A stretch of DNA of 64,000 bases from an uncultured Desulfurellales bacterium (GTDB lineage Bacteria; Campylobacterota_A; Desulfurellia; Desulfurellales; CAZERD01). Shown here in pieces: positions 50,042 to 58,558 of this stretch (positions are counted from its first letter, which is position 1; every line of letters begins with the position of its first letter). The stretch spans positions 1,568-65,567 of the forward strand of contig CAZERD010000002.1 in NCBI GenBank assembly GCA_964515405.1. Direction: 5' to 3'. The position numbers and the translations under genes are program-made. Below the pieces are notes generated by a model that saw nothing but the letters and a program-made list of their open reading frames with translations, was not told where the DNA came from and made no database searches.

Positions 50042-51486
50042 AAAGGAAAAAACTGGAAATTATCGTGGGCTTGTTTATGGTAGGGGTACTGATAGTCCTG
50101 GGAGCAATGACAGCTGAAATGGGCAAAATAAAGCTCTCATCCCGCAAGGGCTACACCCTATACGCTGCCTTCAGCGATGTGTCAGGACTGTACAAGAACG
50201 CCAAAGTAAGGATAGCTGGCGTTGAAGTAGGCTCTGTAAGCAATATATTCCTTAAGTACGGAAAGGCCATAGTAGCCATGAAAATAGCAAGACAGTACAA
50301 AATACCCATCAATTCTACAGCTATCATAAGAAGTGAAGGATTCCTCGGAGAAAAATACGTGGAAATAAAACTCGGCAATGCAAAGAAGTATCTAACCAAC
50401 GGAGAGTACATAAGATATGGTGTAGCCGGAAATGGATTCAACGCACTCATGACAAAAGCAAATAAACTATTAAACAAGCACAACAGACAAAATATAGCCG
50501 AGATACTCAAGGAGTTTAAACAGCTCGGAAAACAGTTAAACGAACTAATATCAGAAAACAGGAAGAATGTATCCATTACTATACAACAGGCAAAAATATC
50601 CATGAAGAATCTAAAACAGTCCCTTGAATACCTCAAAGAAATACTCAAGGAAAATAGAAGCAACGTCAAAGAAACAGTCGTGCAGGCACGGAGGGCAATG
50701 GAAGAACTGAACAAAGTACTTCAGAATATATCATGGCTTTTAGTATCAATGAAACAGGGAAAGGGAACTATAGGTCAGCTCCTAATAAACAAGTCTCTCT
50801 ACAACAACCTCAATGAAACAACAGAAAACGTTAAACAAATAGCACAAAAAATAAACTCCGGGAAGGGTACTATAGGTAAACTAATAAACGACAACGCACT
50901 CTACAACAACCTAAATGACACGCTCGTGGATATAAAGAACTACCTCCGAGCTGCAAACAGAACACTATTTGAGGTATACGGAAATACAGAATATAATTTT
51001 AAAAATGATGATACACAAAACTCCGTAGGGGTTAAAATATATACAACACCTGACAGGTTCTACAAAATAGGGGCAGTGGTTCAAAGGAACTATAAAAACT
51101 CACCCAACCCATCAGGTCCTGAGTCAAACGTGGTGCGATTTACCGCCTTAATGGGCAAGAGGTACTACAACTTCGTAGTTAAGGGTGGCGTAATACAGTC
51201 AACTGTGGGTGTAGGCGCTGATTACTACACACTCGGCGATAAGTTAAAATTCGGTATAGAGGCCTTTGACTTTAGTCACAGAAACGATATAAGAGACAGA
51301 TATCCGCAATTAAAAGCCAAAATCTCCTACACATTTCTCCAGCACTTCACGTTGTTTGGAGGTGTAAATGAAATACTCAACACAAAAAGCAGATCTATAT
51401 TCGTTGGGGGCGGTGTTGATCTTTACAACAGTGACCTGAAATATGCTATAGGGAGTGCGGCCAGCGCCGCAAGCTTGGCAAAATAA
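50038..51486 (+). CDS. MCE-domain (MlaD-like) protein with a long helical and beta-rich C-terminal extension
   Basis: N-terminal TM and an MCE domain (Y.L.A.F.DVSGL...A.VRIAGVEVG.V). A coiled-coil region of about 130 aa follows, then two GKGTIG.L.N...LYNNLN.T repeats. The last roughly 190 aa are a beta-rich segment. Confidence 0.8.
   Translation: MKRKKLEIIVGLFMVGVLIVLGAMTAEMGKIKLSSRKGYTLYAAFSDVSGLYKNAKVRIAGVEVGSVSNIFLKYGKAIVAMKIARQYKIPINSTAIIRSEGFLGEKYVEIKLGNAKKYLTNGEYIRYGVAGNGFNALMTKANKLLNKHNRQNIAEILKEFKQLGKQLNELISENRKNVSITIQQAKISMKNLKQSLEYLKEILKENRSNVKETVVQARRAMEELNKVLQNISWLLVSMKQGKGTIGQLLINKSLYNNLNETTENVKQIAQKINSGKGTIGKLINDNALYNNLNDTLVDIKNYLRAANRTLFEVYGNTEYNFKNDDTQNSVGVKIYTTPDRFYKIGAVVQRNYKNSPNPSGPESNVVRFTALMGKRYYNFVVKGGVIQSTVGVGADYYTLGDKLKFGIEAFDFSHRNDIRDRYPQLKAKISYTFLQHFTLFGGVNEILNTKSRSIFVGGGVDLYNSDLKYAIGSAASAASLAK
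50758..50922 (+). repeat. Intragenic 34-codon repeat in the MlaD-like gene
   Basis: GKGTIGQLLINKSLYNNLNET (from 50758) and GKGTIGKLINDNALYNNLNDT (from 50860). The period is 102 nt. Confidence 0.7.
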
Positions 51487-52052
51487 TGGACCTCCATCTA
51501 CTCATACAATCCGTACTAACCGAGACCCCAACGATATTAAATTCACCCCGAAAGAAAGCAGGTGTTATCGTACCCTTCTTAAGGGAGCAGAAGCAATGGT
51601 GTATATTATTCGAAAAGAGAGTTGAAGATAATTCCGTACATAGTGGACAAATATGCTTACCCGGTGGTTCAGAAGAACCAAAAGACAAAAACCTACTTCA
51701 AACAGCGCTAAGAGAAACAGAGGAAGAAATAGGAATCGGGAAGGAGCGAATAACTATACTGGGGTTCATAGAACCTGTATTTACTCTTGGCTCATACTTT
51801 GTCATCTACCCATTCGTGGGAGTTATAGAGCAACCACAACCCCTCAGACTAAACACAGATGAGGTAGCATATACGTTTACGGTACCCTTTAAGCATATAC
51901 TCGACCTCCATCCTTTTAAAGAGAGAGTCTACAAGCACAAAGATAGCACCCACACCACCTTTATTATCCCTTACAAAAATGAAATAATATGGGGCGCCAC
52001 CTCAAGAATACTGGATGCACTGATTAGAAAAATCAAATCCCACCGTGGATAA
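51486..52052 (+). CDS. NUDIX hydrolase, CoA pyrophosphatase type
   Basis: Nudix box GG..E......L..ALRETEEEIGI, preceded by HSGQICLPGG, the upstream motif characteristic of CoA pyrophosphatases. Confidence 0.75.
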   Translation: MDLHLLIQSVLTETPTILNSPRKKAGVIVPFLREQKQWCILFEKRVEDNSVHSGQICLPGGSEEPKDKNLLQTALRETEEEIGIGKERITILGFIEPVFTLGSYFVIYPFVGVIEQPQPLRLNTDEVAYTFTVPFKHILDLHPFKERVYKHKDSTHTTFIIPYKNEIIWGATSRILDALIRKIKSHRG

Positions 52053-54008
52053 CTACTGATCTTGCTGCTCCACGGCCTCCTTAACCATATCTATCACCTT
52101 CATGTCTTCTATAGTGCTCAGATCCTGCTCTATACTCCTCCTATTGGCTATATCCTTTAATATTCTCCTCAACAACTTCCCGGAACGGGTTTTGGGTAAT
52201 GCTTTAACGAAATATATACCTGAGGGTCTGGCAATTGGGCCTATCTGCTGGGCCACATGCTCCCTAAGTTCCCTAACAAGCTCATCCCTTGTCAAATACT
52301 CAGCCTTCTCCTTAAGAACAACAAATGCTATGATCTCTTCTCCAGTAACCTCGTTAAACCTGCCAACCACAGCCGCCTCCGCCACATTTATATGAGAGGT
52401 CAATGCCGTTTCAATCTCAACACAACTTATCCTATGGGCAGACACATTTATCACATCATCCTCTCTACCCTCCATCCAAAAATAGCCATCCTTATCCACA
52501 TAAGCCAAATCTCCTGTGTAGTAGTATCTACCACCAAACTTATCCCAGTATATTTCTCTGTAAAGACTGTCATTACCCCATATCGTCCTTATCATTGATG
52601 GCCAAGGTTTCTCAAAGACCAAATGCCCCCTTCTGTTGGGCTCCAAAATCGGGTTGCCCTCATCATCAACAACCATTGGAAATATACCAGGCACTGGTAT
52701 CCCAACAGAACCAGGTCTCTGAGGAACTATGGGAAGGGAAGAAATCATATGCCCAGCAGTTTCTGTTTGCCCGTAAGCATCAATAACTGGACATCTCCCG
52801 CCACCTACATGTTCATAATACCACATCCACGCAGCTGGATTTAGCTTCTCGCCTCCAGTGGTAAGCAACCTGAGGGATGATATATCATGCTTCCTCGTCG
52901 GAGCTTCCCCAAACCTCATCAATGCCCTTATAGCCGTGGGAGCTGTATACATAACATTTATATTGTACTTCTCAACAAGGTACCACCACTGGGACGGATC
53001 AGGATAGGTGGGCACGCCCTCATATATAAACGTTGTAGCCCCTATAGACAAGGGACCATAAAGGGTATAGGAATGTCCTGATATCCACCCTATATCTGCC
53101 GTGCTCCAGAACGTATCCTCATCCTTAAGATCAAATATCCATTTGGTTGTAAGTATTCTCCACAGAAGATACCCAGCAGTAGTGTGAACAACACCTTTCG
53201 GTTTACCTGTAGAACCAGAGGTATACAAAACAAACAATGGATCCTCAGAGTCCATCTCCGCTGCCTCACAACTGGGGTGGGAATAGTCCGGATCACTCAT
53301 GAGATCATGCCACCAAAAATCCCTTAAGGTCTTCATAGGGATCTCTGAGCGTGTGTGTTCAACCACCACCACATACCTCACACCAGAAGCCTCCCTCAAA
53401 GCTGCATCTACATTTCCCTTAAGAGAGGTGGTCTTACCAGCTCTTATACCTCCGTCTGCTGTTATCAGCACAGTAGGTTTAAGATCATTCACCCTCTCGG
53501 CTAATGCCTTTGATGACAAACCAGCAAATACAACCGAATGTATAGCACCTATTCTTGCACAGGCAAGCATGGCTATGGCAAGTTCAGGGATCATCGGCAT
53601 GTACATCACTACCGCATCCCCCCTTCTAACTCCTAGAGTCTTCAGCACATTTGCAAATTTTCCAACCTGAAAAGACAGTTCCCTGTAGGTAAGTATCCTG
53701 CTCTCCCCAGTCTCACTTTCCCATATAATAGCTGCTTTGTTCTTCCTCCACCCTCTAAGATGCCTATCAATACAGTTGTAAGCCATATTCAACTTACCAC
53801 CAACAAAGAACCTGTAAAATGGTGGATCGGAATCATCCAGCACGGACTCATACATTCTAAACCAGCTTATCTCCTCCCTTGCAAAACGGTCCCAGAACCC
53901 CACAAAGTCTCTCTCCGCCTCCTCTGAAAACCTCCTATACAGCTCTGGTGTGAGATTGGCCTTTTCAAGAAAATCTGATACAACCCCCACTTCCCTTACA
54001 GCCACCAT
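52053..54008 (-). CDS. acs: Acetyl-CoA synthetase (AMP-forming)
   Basis: YTSGSTGKPKGV, YGQTETAG, YYTGD and the C-terminal LPKTRSGKLLRR (the acetylatable-lysine motif). 651 aa. Confidence 0.93.
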   Translation of the reverse strand: MVAVREVGVVSDFLEKANLTPELYRRFSEEAERDFVGFWDRFAREEISWFRMYESVLDDSDPPFYRFFVGGKLNMAYNCIDRHLRGWRKNKAAIIWESETGESRILTYRELSFQVGKFANVLKTLGVRRGDAVVMYMPMIPELAIAMLACARIGAIHSVVFAGLSSKALAERVNDLKPTVLITADGGIRAGKTTSLKGNVDAALREASGVRYVVVVEHTRSEIPMKTLRDFWWHDLMSDPDYSHPSCEAAEMDSEDPLFVLYTSGSTGKPKGVVHTTAGYLLWRILTTKWIFDLKDEDTFWSTADIGWISGHSYTLYGPLSIGATTFIYEGVPTYPDPSQWWYLVEKYNINVMYTAPTAIRALMRFGEAPTRKHDISSLRLLTTGGEKLNPAAWMWYYEHVGGGRCPVIDAYGQTETAGHMISSLPIVPQRPGSVGIPVPGIFPMVVDDEGNPILEPNRRGHLVFEKPWPSMIRTIWGNDSLYREIYWDKFGGRYYYTGDLAYVDKDGYFWMEGREDDVINVSAHRISCVEIETALTSHINVAEAAVVGRFNEVTGEEIIAFVVLKEKAEYLTRDELVRELREHVAQQIGPIARPSGIYFVKALPKTRSGKLLRRILKDIANRRSIEQDLSTIEDMKVIDMVKEAVEQQDQ

Positions 54009-54052
54009 AATTCACCTCCCTGCGGATTATAACGCTCCACCCTGTTTTCAAC

Positions 54053-54081
54053 ACAATATTAGATGTAAATCCACATGTCAA
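54053..54081 (-). promoter_or_regulatory. Sigma-70-like promoter for acs
   Basis: On the minus strand: TTGACA (54081-54076), 17-nt spacer, TATTGT (54058-54053). A second TATAAT lies nearer the RBS. Confidence 0.4.
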
Positions 54082-54146
54082 GCATATTGAAAACTGGAGC
54101 TGGAAAGGATCAATATAGTACCCGCATCACATGCATCCCCTTTCAC

Positions 54147-54599
54147 TTATTGTGAGTGCGAACCACCTAGTACAACCTCCTCGGCCTTGCTCCATGGCGG
54201 CGAGACTATACAGAGAAAAGTAAACTCACTATCCGATCTGTTTTCAGCCCACTGAACCACGTTCGGCGCTATGTAAATAGCCATACCCGGTTCAACTCTT
54301 ATTGTTTTGCCACCCACATGAAGTAACGCGACCCCATCAAGTATAAAATAAACCTGCGCGCTCCTTGTAAGTTTATGCGGAGCAGTACTCCTATGAGCAC
54401 CAAGCGTTATATAAGCCACGCTAAAACCAGGGTTTACCCCATCATTCTTAGGATGAATCACCTCCCTCACATTAAAACCTCCACCAAACACCTTAACAGG
54501 ACATTGAGAGACCCTTTTCACCAAGAACTCAACACCACCAGCATATAGTGGACTAACAACCACAAATACTATTAGCAACGACAGAAAAACCCTCCTCAT
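54147..54599 (-). CDS. Secreted cupin-domain protein
   Basis: ATG at 54599 is preceded by GGAGGGGGTG. A signal peptide is present (LLIVFVVVSPLYAGG). The cupin motifs are G..R.T.PH......Q.YFILDG and P...V.W.EN. Confidence 0.65.
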   Translation of the reverse strand: MRRVFLSLLIVFVVVSPLYAGGVEFLVKRVSQCPVKVFGGGFNVREVIHPKNDGVNPGFSVAYITLGAHRSTAPHKLTRSAQVYFILDGVALLHVGGKTIRVEPGMAIYIAPNVVQWAENRSDSEFTFLCIVSPPWSKAEEVVLGGSHSQ

Positions 54600-54663
54600 T
54601 TCACCCCCTCCCCTGGGTTTTCCGAAATTATATTCACACAGACACACAGGATCAATAATAGTA

Positions 54664-54680
54664 TAGGGGGAAACCCCCTA
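54664..54680 (-). terminator. Short GC hairpin at the hcp stop codon
   Basis: TAGGGGG-aaa-CCCCCTA overlaps the hcp stop. The downstream T-tract on the minus strand is only weak (TATACTATTATTG). Confidence 0.35.
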
Positions 54681-56294
54681 CCCTATCAACTCCCTCATAT
54701 CTGTATCAACGTCTGTGATACCCGATATGTTGAACTTATCAACAAGCACATTCAACACATCCGGTGAAACAAAGGCTGGCAACGTCGGTCCCAGTTTGAT
54801 ATTCTTCACACCCAAATATAATAACGCCAACAAAACAGCAACAGCCTTCTGCTCGTACCAGGCTATATTGTACGCTATAGGGAGTTCGTTAATATCATTT
54901 AATCCAAATACCTCCTTGAGTTTCAAAGCTATAAGGAGAAGTGAATAACTATCATTGCATTGTCCTGCATCAAGCACCCTCGGTATGCCGTTAATATCTC
55001 CAAGGTCAAGCTTGTTGTATCGGAATTTCGCACACCCAGCCGTTAGTATAACCGTATCACGCGGGAGTCTTCTGGCAAATTCCGTATAATATTCTCTTGT
55101 TTTGTGTCTACCGTCACACCCAGCCATCACCACAAACTTCCTTATAGTCCCAGATTTAACAGCTTCAACAACCTTATCTGCAAGCCTAAAGACCTGTTCA
55201 TGCGCGAAACCTCCAATTATTCTGCCGTGCTCTATTTCAACAGGAGGATTACACGTCCTTGCCATTTCTATTATCTCAGAGAAATCCTTGGGCTTGCCAT
55301 CCTTCCTGTCTGATATATGCTTAACTCCAGGAAATCCTACATTACCTGTTGTAAATACTCTATGCTTATAGGAATCCTTCGGTGGAGTGAGGCAATTTGT
55401 CGTCACGAGTATAGGCCCATTGAACAATTCAAACTCCCTATCCTGCATCCACCACGCGTTGCCGTAATTACCCACGAAATGCTTATACCTCTTGAAGGCA
55501 GGATAATAATTCGCTGGTAGCATCTCTCCATGAGTATACACATCCACACCTGTACCCTCAGTTTGCTCAAGCAGCTCTTCCATATCTTTAAGATCATGAC
55601 CCGAGATGAGTATTCCCGGATTCCTCCTGACACCTATATCCACCTCTGTCATTTCCGGGTGCCCGTAGGTCTCCGTATTCGCCCTATCCAGCAAAGCCAT
55701 AACCTTAACAGCTGTTTCACCTGTTCTCATAACATACCCCATTAGCTCTTCCACGCTCAGCTTCTCTGTGGTAGCCGCTAAGGCATTCGCAACAAATCTA
55801 GTCACATTATCATCCCTATACCCCAACACCGAAGCGTGATCGTAGTATGCAGCTATGCCTTTGAGACCATATATAATCAATTCCTTCAAGGAACGAATAT
55901 CCTCATCAGTCTCCTTTAGTATACCAGCATCCGCAGCCTTGGCCAAAAACTCCTCCTTAGTTGAACCAGTCCATACAGCAGAATCGTGCAGACTGTTCTC
56001 AGATACGCTGTATTTCCTCTTCAGCTCATCCCTTATTCTTAATCCTTCGCGAATAGCCTCTGTTATCCTGTCCTCATCAAAGTTGACGTTTGTAATAGTG
56101 GTAAACAGAGCCTTCGTCATAAACATGGATGCCTCCTTGTCCTGTTCGCCTGCCCTCTTTAAAACCACAGCTATACCCTTGGTAACATATACAAGCAGGT
56201 CCTCAAGATTGGCAACTTTCTCATTCTTCCCACAGATACCCCTCTTTACACACCCAGTATTTTTCAATGTCTCTTGACACTGATAGCAAAACAT
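54678..56294 (-). CDS. hcp: Hybrid-cluster protein / hydroxylamine reductase
   Basis: N-terminal Cys motif MFCYQCQET...C...GICGK, class-1 length of about 540 aa, and hybrid-cluster ligand regions (TNCL; GCDG; GQCND). ATG at 56294 has GGAGGTG 6 nt upstream. Confidence 0.93.
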   Translation of the reverse strand: MFCYQCQETLKNTGCVKRGICGKNEKVANLEDLLVYVTKGIAVVLKRAGEQDKEASMFMTKALFTTITNVNFDEDRITEAIREGLRIRDELKRKYSVSENSLHDSAVWTGSTKEEFLAKAADAGILKETDEDIRSLKELIIYGLKGIAAYYDHASVLGYRDDNVTRFVANALAATTEKLSVEELMGYVMRTGETAVKVMALLDRANTETYGHPEMTEVDIGVRRNPGILISGHDLKDMEELLEQTEGTGVDVYTHGEMLPANYYPAFKRYKHFVGNYGNAWWMQDREFELFNGPILVTTNCLTPPKDSYKHRVFTTGNVGFPGVKHISDRKDGKPKDFSEIIEMARTCNPPVEIEHGRIIGGFAHEQVFRLADKVVEAVKSGTIRKFVVMAGCDGRHKTREYYTEFARRLPRDTVILTAGCAKFRYNKLDLGDINGIPRVLDAGQCNDSYSLLLIALKLKEVFGLNDINELPIAYNIAWYEQKAVAVLLALLYLGVKNIKLGPTLPAFVSPDVLNVLVDKFNISGITDVDTDMRELIG

Positions 56295-56350
56295 AGTTAC
56301 ACCTCCTTGATTTTTCTGAGCACAGGTTATACTAATGGTTGTATGGTTCA

Positions 56351-56364
56351 TTGATGAAGGTCAA
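56351..56364. promoter_or_regulatory. FNR/CRP-type palindrome in the hcp / hcpR divergent region
   Basis: TTGAT-GAAG-GTCAA matches 9 of 10 positions of TTGAT-N4-ATCAA. Its centre is about 63 nt upstream of the hcp ATG and 4 nt upstream of the preferred regulator ATG. Confidence 0.45.
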
Positions 56365-56368
56365 GAAA

Positions 56369-57007
56369 ATGGAAAAAAAAGAAGCCATAAGGTTTTTACT
56401 GAAATCTCTGAAAATCAACTATGACCTTGATTTCTTCAACTATCTCAACTCCATCTCATCACTGGTAAGGAAGAAAAAAAGAGAAATCATATTCCTGGAA
56501 AATGAAGAGGGTTCAAACCTCTACTTCCTACTATCAGGTAGCGTAAAACTCTACAAAACAAATGATGAAGGAAGAGAAGCTGTCATACATTTCGTGGAAC
56601 CCGGAGAATTCTTCGCTGAAATTGTGTTGTTTCTGGAGAACAGATACCCAGTGAGTGCTATTACAATTAAAGAGTCCCAGTTACTATCAATAGATGCTGA
56701 AAAAATGTTTTACATAATCAGGAGTGATCCCGAACTCGCGATGAAACTCATAGGCATATTTGCCCATAGATTAAACTACATGGCTGATGTAATCAAAAAC
56801 TTGTCTATTATGGACACCCGCGATAAATTCCTCAACTACCTCAACAGGGTCAAGGACGAAAATAACATTATACATCTCAATATACCCAAGCAGGAAATAG
56901 CTCTCCTTCTTGGGATAGCACCGGAAACATTCTCCCGGGTACTAAAACAACTCTCAGAGCAGGGAATTCTTGAGATCCAGGGCAAAACAATAAAGTTGCT
57001 CAGATAG
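56369..57007 (+). CDS. Crp/Fnr-family transcriptional regulator (HcpR-like by position)
   Basis: cNMP-binding-like beta-barrel (LYFLLSGSVKLY....EGRE......PGEFF.E) and a C-terminal HTH (QEIALLLGIAPETFSRVLKQL). No N-terminal FNR Cys cluster. Divergent from hcp. The start is 56369 or 56354. Confidence 0.8.
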   Translation: MEKKEAIRFLLKSLKINYDLDFFNYLNSISSLVRKKKREIIFLENEEGSNLYFLLSGSVKLYKTNDEGREAVIHFVEPGEFFAEIVLFLENRYPVSAITIKESQLLSIDAEKMFYIIRSDPELAMKLIGIFAHRLNYMADVIKNLSIMDTRDKFLNYLNRVKDENNIIHLNIPKQEIALLLGIAPETFSRVLKQLSEQGILEIQGKTIKLLR

Positions 57008-58408
57008 TTACGGCTTCTCCCCAAAGAAAAACACTACCCAAGGCTCGCTGGGCCTACTTTCCAAATATCCCTTGAGATAATCCCATTGTATGTGTTCCTT
57101 TAAGAATTTCTCAGCATCAAACGGCATTCCACTTGAATTGCCCCAACGTGCCCAAAAACTCATATGCCTTGCCATTCTTGAGTCTATAACTTTTCCATCC
57201 ACAGCACCCCGAGGTTGAAAGGGCAAAGGTCTACCCAGCTGACTCATGTAATATCTGGGATCAAGCTCGTAGTGGCCATCTATCGTTCTTGAACTTGGGT
57301 TTATTTTGTGAAGATACACATCATAATGATCCGCTAGTATCCTTTTAGCTATATTTGCGTCAATTCGGCCGTAATACTTCTTCATAAGCTCCGTAAGCCT
57401 AACCTGTCTCGCCCCTTGATGTCTCCTTATATCTGCATAGCCCGTATTTGAACACTCAAGGTTCCTGATTCTGGGATCCAGGGGAGCATTAAACCCTATA
57501 TAATAGCCACTTTTCGTCTTCCATACATGATAGTACTTGAGCCCTAACTCAAGCCTCATAATCTCCCCAGTGTTGATATTCCCAAATAACCAATCATTCG
57601 CGTAACCCCCGGTATTACCCTTCAGCATTATCCTTACATAATCCTTCAACGTACTCCCATACTGCATAGCCTTCCTTATCCTAATAAACTCAGGTATTCC
57701 ATTGGGATTATAAGGCCTAAATCCACCTATAGTAGTCTCTGTACCAACTATTCCTGCACTCGTCACAAAGAAATCAGACATGCTGTATATGTAACCAGGC
57801 ATAGACTGCATAAGTATTCTGTAGCCTCTATTAGGTTTAAGATCCAATATAACATTCAAAAACTGACACACTGCAAAATTGCACCACGAATTATGAGCCA
57901 TAACGATACCACCACTCTTTGTGACCCTACCAGTAGCTATAAAAGCGCTACATTTGGTTTTTTGAGGGTGGTAATACCTACCCTCCTCCTGATTGGGCCA
58001 CCAATAATAAACAAGCTCAAAATAAGCGTTCCACAGCAACACATCCTTCCAACTAATATTCAAACCCCTCTTTCTCGCCCCGGCAGCTATACCTTTTATC
58101 TCAAACATATATTCCTTTGGCACCTTATTCGCATACAATTTCACAGCCCAGTGTCTAAAAAAAGACCATCTCTTCCCTGTGTTCCAGTACGTAAGGTACT
58201 TCATCGTCCGTAGAGCCTTCCCAAGCCTATCAGCTATTAGATACCCATACTCAACCCCCCTTTGATATGGTTTGCCCTCCACATGCACATATACCCATCC
58301 CGCCTTATCAAACCTATAACCCTTACCATATCTCATGACCGTACCAGCAACACCAAGACCCTGAAACAGGAAGACACAACCAAACACAAACATCACTACC
58401 ATTCTCAT
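57008..58408 (-). CDS. Secreted Ntn-hydrolase-like protein (phospholipase B-like / peptidase C45-like)
   Basis: Signal peptide, then KCSAFIATG...IVMAHNSW. This resembles the Cys-nucleophile CSALIK...HNTW context I recall for the phospholipase-B-like (LAMA) family. No search was done. Confidence 0.45.
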   Translation of the reverse strand: MRMVVMFVFGCVFLFQGLGVAGTVMRYGKGYRFDKAGWVYVHVEGKPYQRGVEYGYLIADRLGKALRTMKYLTYWNTGKRWSFFRHWAVKLYANKVPKEYMFEIKGIAAGARKRGLNISWKDVLLWNAYFELVYYWWPNQEEGRYYHPQKTKCSAFIATGRVTKSGGIVMAHNSWCNFAVCQFLNVILDLKPNRGYRILMQSMPGYIYSMSDFFVTSAGIVGTETTIGGFRPYNPNGIPEFIRIRKAMQYGSTLKDYVRIMLKGNTGGYANDWLFGNINTGEIMRLELGLKYYHVWKTKSGYYIGFNAPLDPRIRNLECSNTGYADIRRHQGARQVRLTELMKKYYGRIDANIAKRILADHYDVYLHKINPSSRTIDGHYELDPRYYMSQLGRPLPFQPRGAVDGKVIDSRMARHMSFWARWGNSSGMPFDAEKFLKEHIQWDYLKGYLESRPSEPWVVFFFGEKP

Positions 58409-58558
58409 ACTTACACCCCCAAGCTTTCCTCAAAGATAAGATTATATCCCACCTAGCAAAAGAATATAATACTCATGAAGCTCCATCAATCAAGACAAAC
58501 CCTTATTGAACAATAAGCCAGCTTTTGATATCCTCCCTTACAAACCGGGGGTGTTCCA

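Noticed and set aside
56295-56351. 19-codon N-terminal extension of the hcp ORF ([19 protein letters not shown])
   Set aside because: Hcp proteins begin at MFCYQCQ. That ATG (56294) has a GGAGGTG RBS. The extension would run through the divergent promoter and operator region.
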